Source: Antechinus flavipes (taxonomy: Eukaryota). From it: a stretch of 64,000 nucleotides of DNA. The stretch covers positions 318,804,001-318,868,000 of the forward strand of contig NC_067398.1 of the NCBI RefSeq assembly GCF_016432865.1, read 5' to 3'. The notes under the pieces are model-generated. The model had not been told where the DNA came from and did no database searches. It worked only from the letters and a program-made list of their open reading frames with translations. Position numbers and translations under genes: made by a program. Below are positions 60,611 to 64,000 of this stretch, piece by piece (position 1 is the stretch's first letter; every line of letters starts with the position of its first letter).

Positions 60611-62019
60611 ATAATTTTAAAGCCTTGCAGATACCCTATATATTATATTAGAGAAAGCCCCTCTCTTGAACTTAGTACAGGCAAAGAAAATTTGTAAAAG
60701 GAGACAAGTGTTCAGTTATAGCAAAACTTCACTAATTCTAAATAATTAAAGAAGACTCATCCGAATCATAGACTCTTTAAAAATATTTGGAGTTTTACTA
60801 CTTCAAGGTACATAAGTCAGACTAACAACTAAAATTGTTCAGTAGAAGTCATGCTAGATCTCTTTTAATAGGTATTATTAATAATTTCTCATGAATTTAT
60901 TATTTGGATATAAATTGGTGCCACAGAAGTACTTTTGCATGATTGAAAATAGGTTATTTTCTTTGGTATGTAATAAATTCATTTTCAATTTTATTTACAG
61001 TAGTGTTGGAGTTCACAAACCTCTTTTTACATAATTCAGGGCACAGGTAGCATTTAATCTTGTCTATGGTGAAATTGTAGTAGAAGACAAGTTTGGAGGC
61101 CAGAGAACTTGAGTTTAAGGCCCAGCTATCACTTAATCCCTATATCACTTATGTAGAATTTCTCAATTTCCTTAACTATTAAGAGAGAGAAGAAAATGGA
61201 CCAGATCCATTTTAAGACAACTTACAACTCTAAATAGATGATCTGATGGTTATGGATTATGAATCCCAATTAATATGCTTTTTACTATAAATCTTTTATT
61301 TTTAAAGGATTTTAAAATTAGTAAAGACTCCTATTCCTCTTATAATCAGTCTTTTTAATGAGCATAGTAAATAAGTAAAATTCAGAGTACTAAGATTTCG
61401 ATCTTTGGATGATTTTTGTCTTGATCCCCAAGAGACTTTTTATGGCCATAGAGAACTCACAGAAGCATAAGAAATTACAGAGAGGGAAAATGGTTATTTA
61501 TTTTAAGCTCCTCAGGAAATGACTATACAGTTGGTACATTCAAGGTTGGCTTATTTCTTCCTTCTCATTAATGACAAGCCAGGATTTAAAGCACCTATAA
61601 TAAGCCTGACAGAGAGAAAAGGATGACCTACTGTGATTGGCTGGAGAAATGCTAAATCTCCAATCAGTGCTATGGAAAAAAAGCATATCTTCCTGGGCTA
61701 TGTGGTTATAGGTTGGTATGTCTCTAGAGCTTAAGGGTATGTATCTAAATGTCAAGTGTCAACTTTCAAGCAAGCAAAAAATGGCCACCTTGTTTTTAAG
61801 AAGAGAAAGGCATATTGAATTACTGTCCAAATAAATAATTCACTTGTTTCTTGGAGAAAGATGAAAGGCCATTGCAGGAAGTGGACACTAGAAAAATTAA
61901 GCTGCAGAATACTATGGTCTGATGCAAAAATCTGAGAAGTTAAATGACTTTTCTAAGGTTATATGGCTAGGAAGTATTGAGCTCAGCTCTTTCTGATTCC
62001 AGATAGGGAGGAGGAAGGA

Positions 62020-62270
62020 AAGAAGCTTTTATACGCACCAACTCTGTGTACTTTACAAATATTATTTCCTTTGATCTGCCTTACAACTGTCCTATTAGGG
62101 ACATGCTTTTATTATCCTCAATTTACAGTTGAAGAAACTGAGGCAAATCGAGGTTAAGTGACTCATCCATTATCTCACTGCTAGGAAGTGTCTGAATTTG
62201 GATTTAAAGTCAGCTGTTTCTGACTACAGGTCCAACTCTATCAAATGTGCCATTTAGCTGCCTCTCTGAG
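62020..62270 (-). mobile_element. MIR/CORE-SINE
   Basis: ctcaatttacagttgaagaaactgaggcaaatcgaggttaagtgact...ctaggaagtgtctgaatttggattt...catttagctgcctc. Confidence 0.8.
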
Positions 62271-62669
62271 ACCAAAATCCTACGCTCAAGAAACTTAGAC
62301 TTCAAAAGGAAATTAGTATTCATATAAGGATGTGGCAATATCAATTAGTGAGAAAAAGAAAGTAATGAAATGTACTGAATAGAGAAAACACAGTGTTGCA
62401 GAGACCCTGATTTGTGTGTACTGGCCATCTCTCAAGGTCAAAGTTTCTCTCTGATATGGTTCAAGAGGGACTCAGGGCAGGTGCATCTTTTTCATGACTT
62501 TGAATGCCCTGAGAGCAGGAAGGCCTTATTAGTATCACTAATTTTTGTTCATCTTCCACTATGACAATGCCTAGAAGGAAAGAGGTATAGACTTTAGATA
62601 GCTTCCTTTGATAACAGAGTTCCAAATATCACAAACCATATCTGACAAATATGATTACTATTACTATTA

Positions 62670-62925
62670 TTATTATTAATAATAATATCTAGCATTTGTA
62701 AATTGCTTATTACATATCAGGCTCTGTGCTAAGGACTTTTTGTTCATTTGACCCTCACAACAACTCTGGGAGGGAGGTGCTATTATTATCCCCATTTTAC
62801 AGTTTTGGATACTGAGGCAAACAGATTTAAATGATAGTAAGTGTTTGAGCTTATATTGGAAATGCAGGTCTTTCTGGCTCCAGATCTAGTATTCTATCCA
62901 CTGTGCCACCCAGTTGCCTCTCTTT
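62670..62925 (-). mobile_element. MIR/CORE-SINE
   Basis: catttgaccctcacaacaactctgggagggaggtgctattattatccccattttacagttttggatactgaggcaaacag...ccactgtgccacccagttgcctc. Confidence 0.85.
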
Positions 62926-63519
62926 CTCAATGATTCTAGGACACCTTCCATCTCTAGTCATCCTAATCTATATCTGGACCCAAGGCTCTGGAGGGAAAAG
63001 TAAGGCAGGAGGCCTTGCACAGCCCTCCCTGACTTAAATCCAAGTCATTTTCATGCCATGAGATGATTCTCTGATGTCTCTTCAAAAACAAGGGACAAAC
63101 TGATAACAAGGACACTTTCATTTAAGATCTGGTTGGATAGAATAATTGACTCAATTAGCATTTTACTCAGAACTTTTCAGGGTTAGTGAGTCTGTGTCAT
63201 TTGAAAAGTTCCATGCAAGAATAAGACAGAGGGTATTCTACAAAGGACATTTTTATGACCCCCAAGCCAGATAGATATTGATATTTAATTTAAGAAGTCA
63301 AGCCTAACTGCTATCACTGAAGCTTTGCTTCAGTGCTTCTTTGTGATGTGGAGCTGAACCCAACTTATCAGAATTTATGCCAATAAAACACAAATCTTAA
63401 AATGTGAACCAAATATTATAAAGGCTTTGAGTATGGACCTGGACACAAATAGACTGAAGTTCAATGATTCCCTTAGCTAAATATAAATATGTTCCTCATG
63501 AAAAGTTTGGTTATTGAGT

Positions 63520-63700
63520 CATCGGATCTTAGTATTTAGAACTGGAACCACACCAAAATCATTAATTTAACTCCTCATTTTATTGCTGGGGAAACTGAAC
63601 TTCTGGGAGGTTAAGAGACTTGCCCAATAGAAAGTAGTAAGAGAGGATTTGAACCCAATTTCCTTATTTCCAAGTCCAAGGATCTTTCCACTGTACTGAG
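63520..63700 (-). mobile_element. MIR3-type CORE-SINE
   Basis: ctcctcattttattgctggggaaactgaac...gagacttgccc...ggatttgaacccaatttcc. Confidence 0.7.
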
Positions 63701-64000
63701 GTATGTCAGGTGAAGAATTATTTGGCCATGGAGACCATAAAACAAATAAAAAGTCATTTTTTTCCTTGAAAGTTAAACACATTTCTGCTTTTTATAGGGT
63801 AGAGGCAGACTGGAAAAGAAGTAGCTATGGATCACCCAGATTCTATTCAATTTATAACTTTAGTTTAATTGTGACAACTCAGTGTTTAAATTGTATCACA
63901 ACCAATAAACTGAAACACTATTGGAAGAATTAAATTACATCCTTACTGACAATCTAGCAACAAATGAAATCAGAAAACCAAAAAAGGTTAGTTTTAAATG

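Noticed and set aside
62471-62513. Inverted repeat ctcagggca...tgccctgag as a pre-miRNA or MITE
   Set aside because: It is only a 9-bp stem with a poorly pairing 25-nt interior and no TSD, within chance expectation.
926-63933. The remaining 60-110 aa ORFs, many rich in F, L and I, as small proteins
   Set aside because: Their composition reflects AT-rich and poly-T DNA, their sizes are as expected by chance in six frames of 64 kb, and none has a recognisable domain.

Overview
This is AT-rich, CpG-depleted eukaryotic DNA, not prokaryotic. The repeat content (WSINE1-type and Mar1-type CORE-SINEs, an RTE LINE remnant, marsupial-type L1 3' ends, L2, CR1/L3, MIR, hAT MITEs and a solo ERV LTR) points to an Australian marsupial, most likely a dasyurid draft assembly with four short N gaps. 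The taxon is my inference from remembered repeat consensus sequences. I recognise no host protein-coding gene, RNA gene, CRISPR array or operon-like system, so the window looks intronic or intergenic. The only ORFs with recognisable protein similarity are decayed retroelement fragments (L1 ORF2, RTE, CR1). I found no convincing new biological system. The best-supported unusual observations are an L1 insertion whose target-site duplication (TSD) encloses about 95 bp of extra 3' sequence (a probable 3' transduction), a WSINE1 whose TSD encloses about 60 bp of extra 3' sequence, and an intact solo LTR with TG...CA ends and a 6-bp TSD. More speculative observations are three phase-compatible candidate small exons on the + strand and several motif clusters in non-repeat islands. 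Boundaries of old repeats are approximate; TSD-defined boundaries are read directly from the sequence. Family names come from memory and need RepeatMasker/Dfam confirmation.
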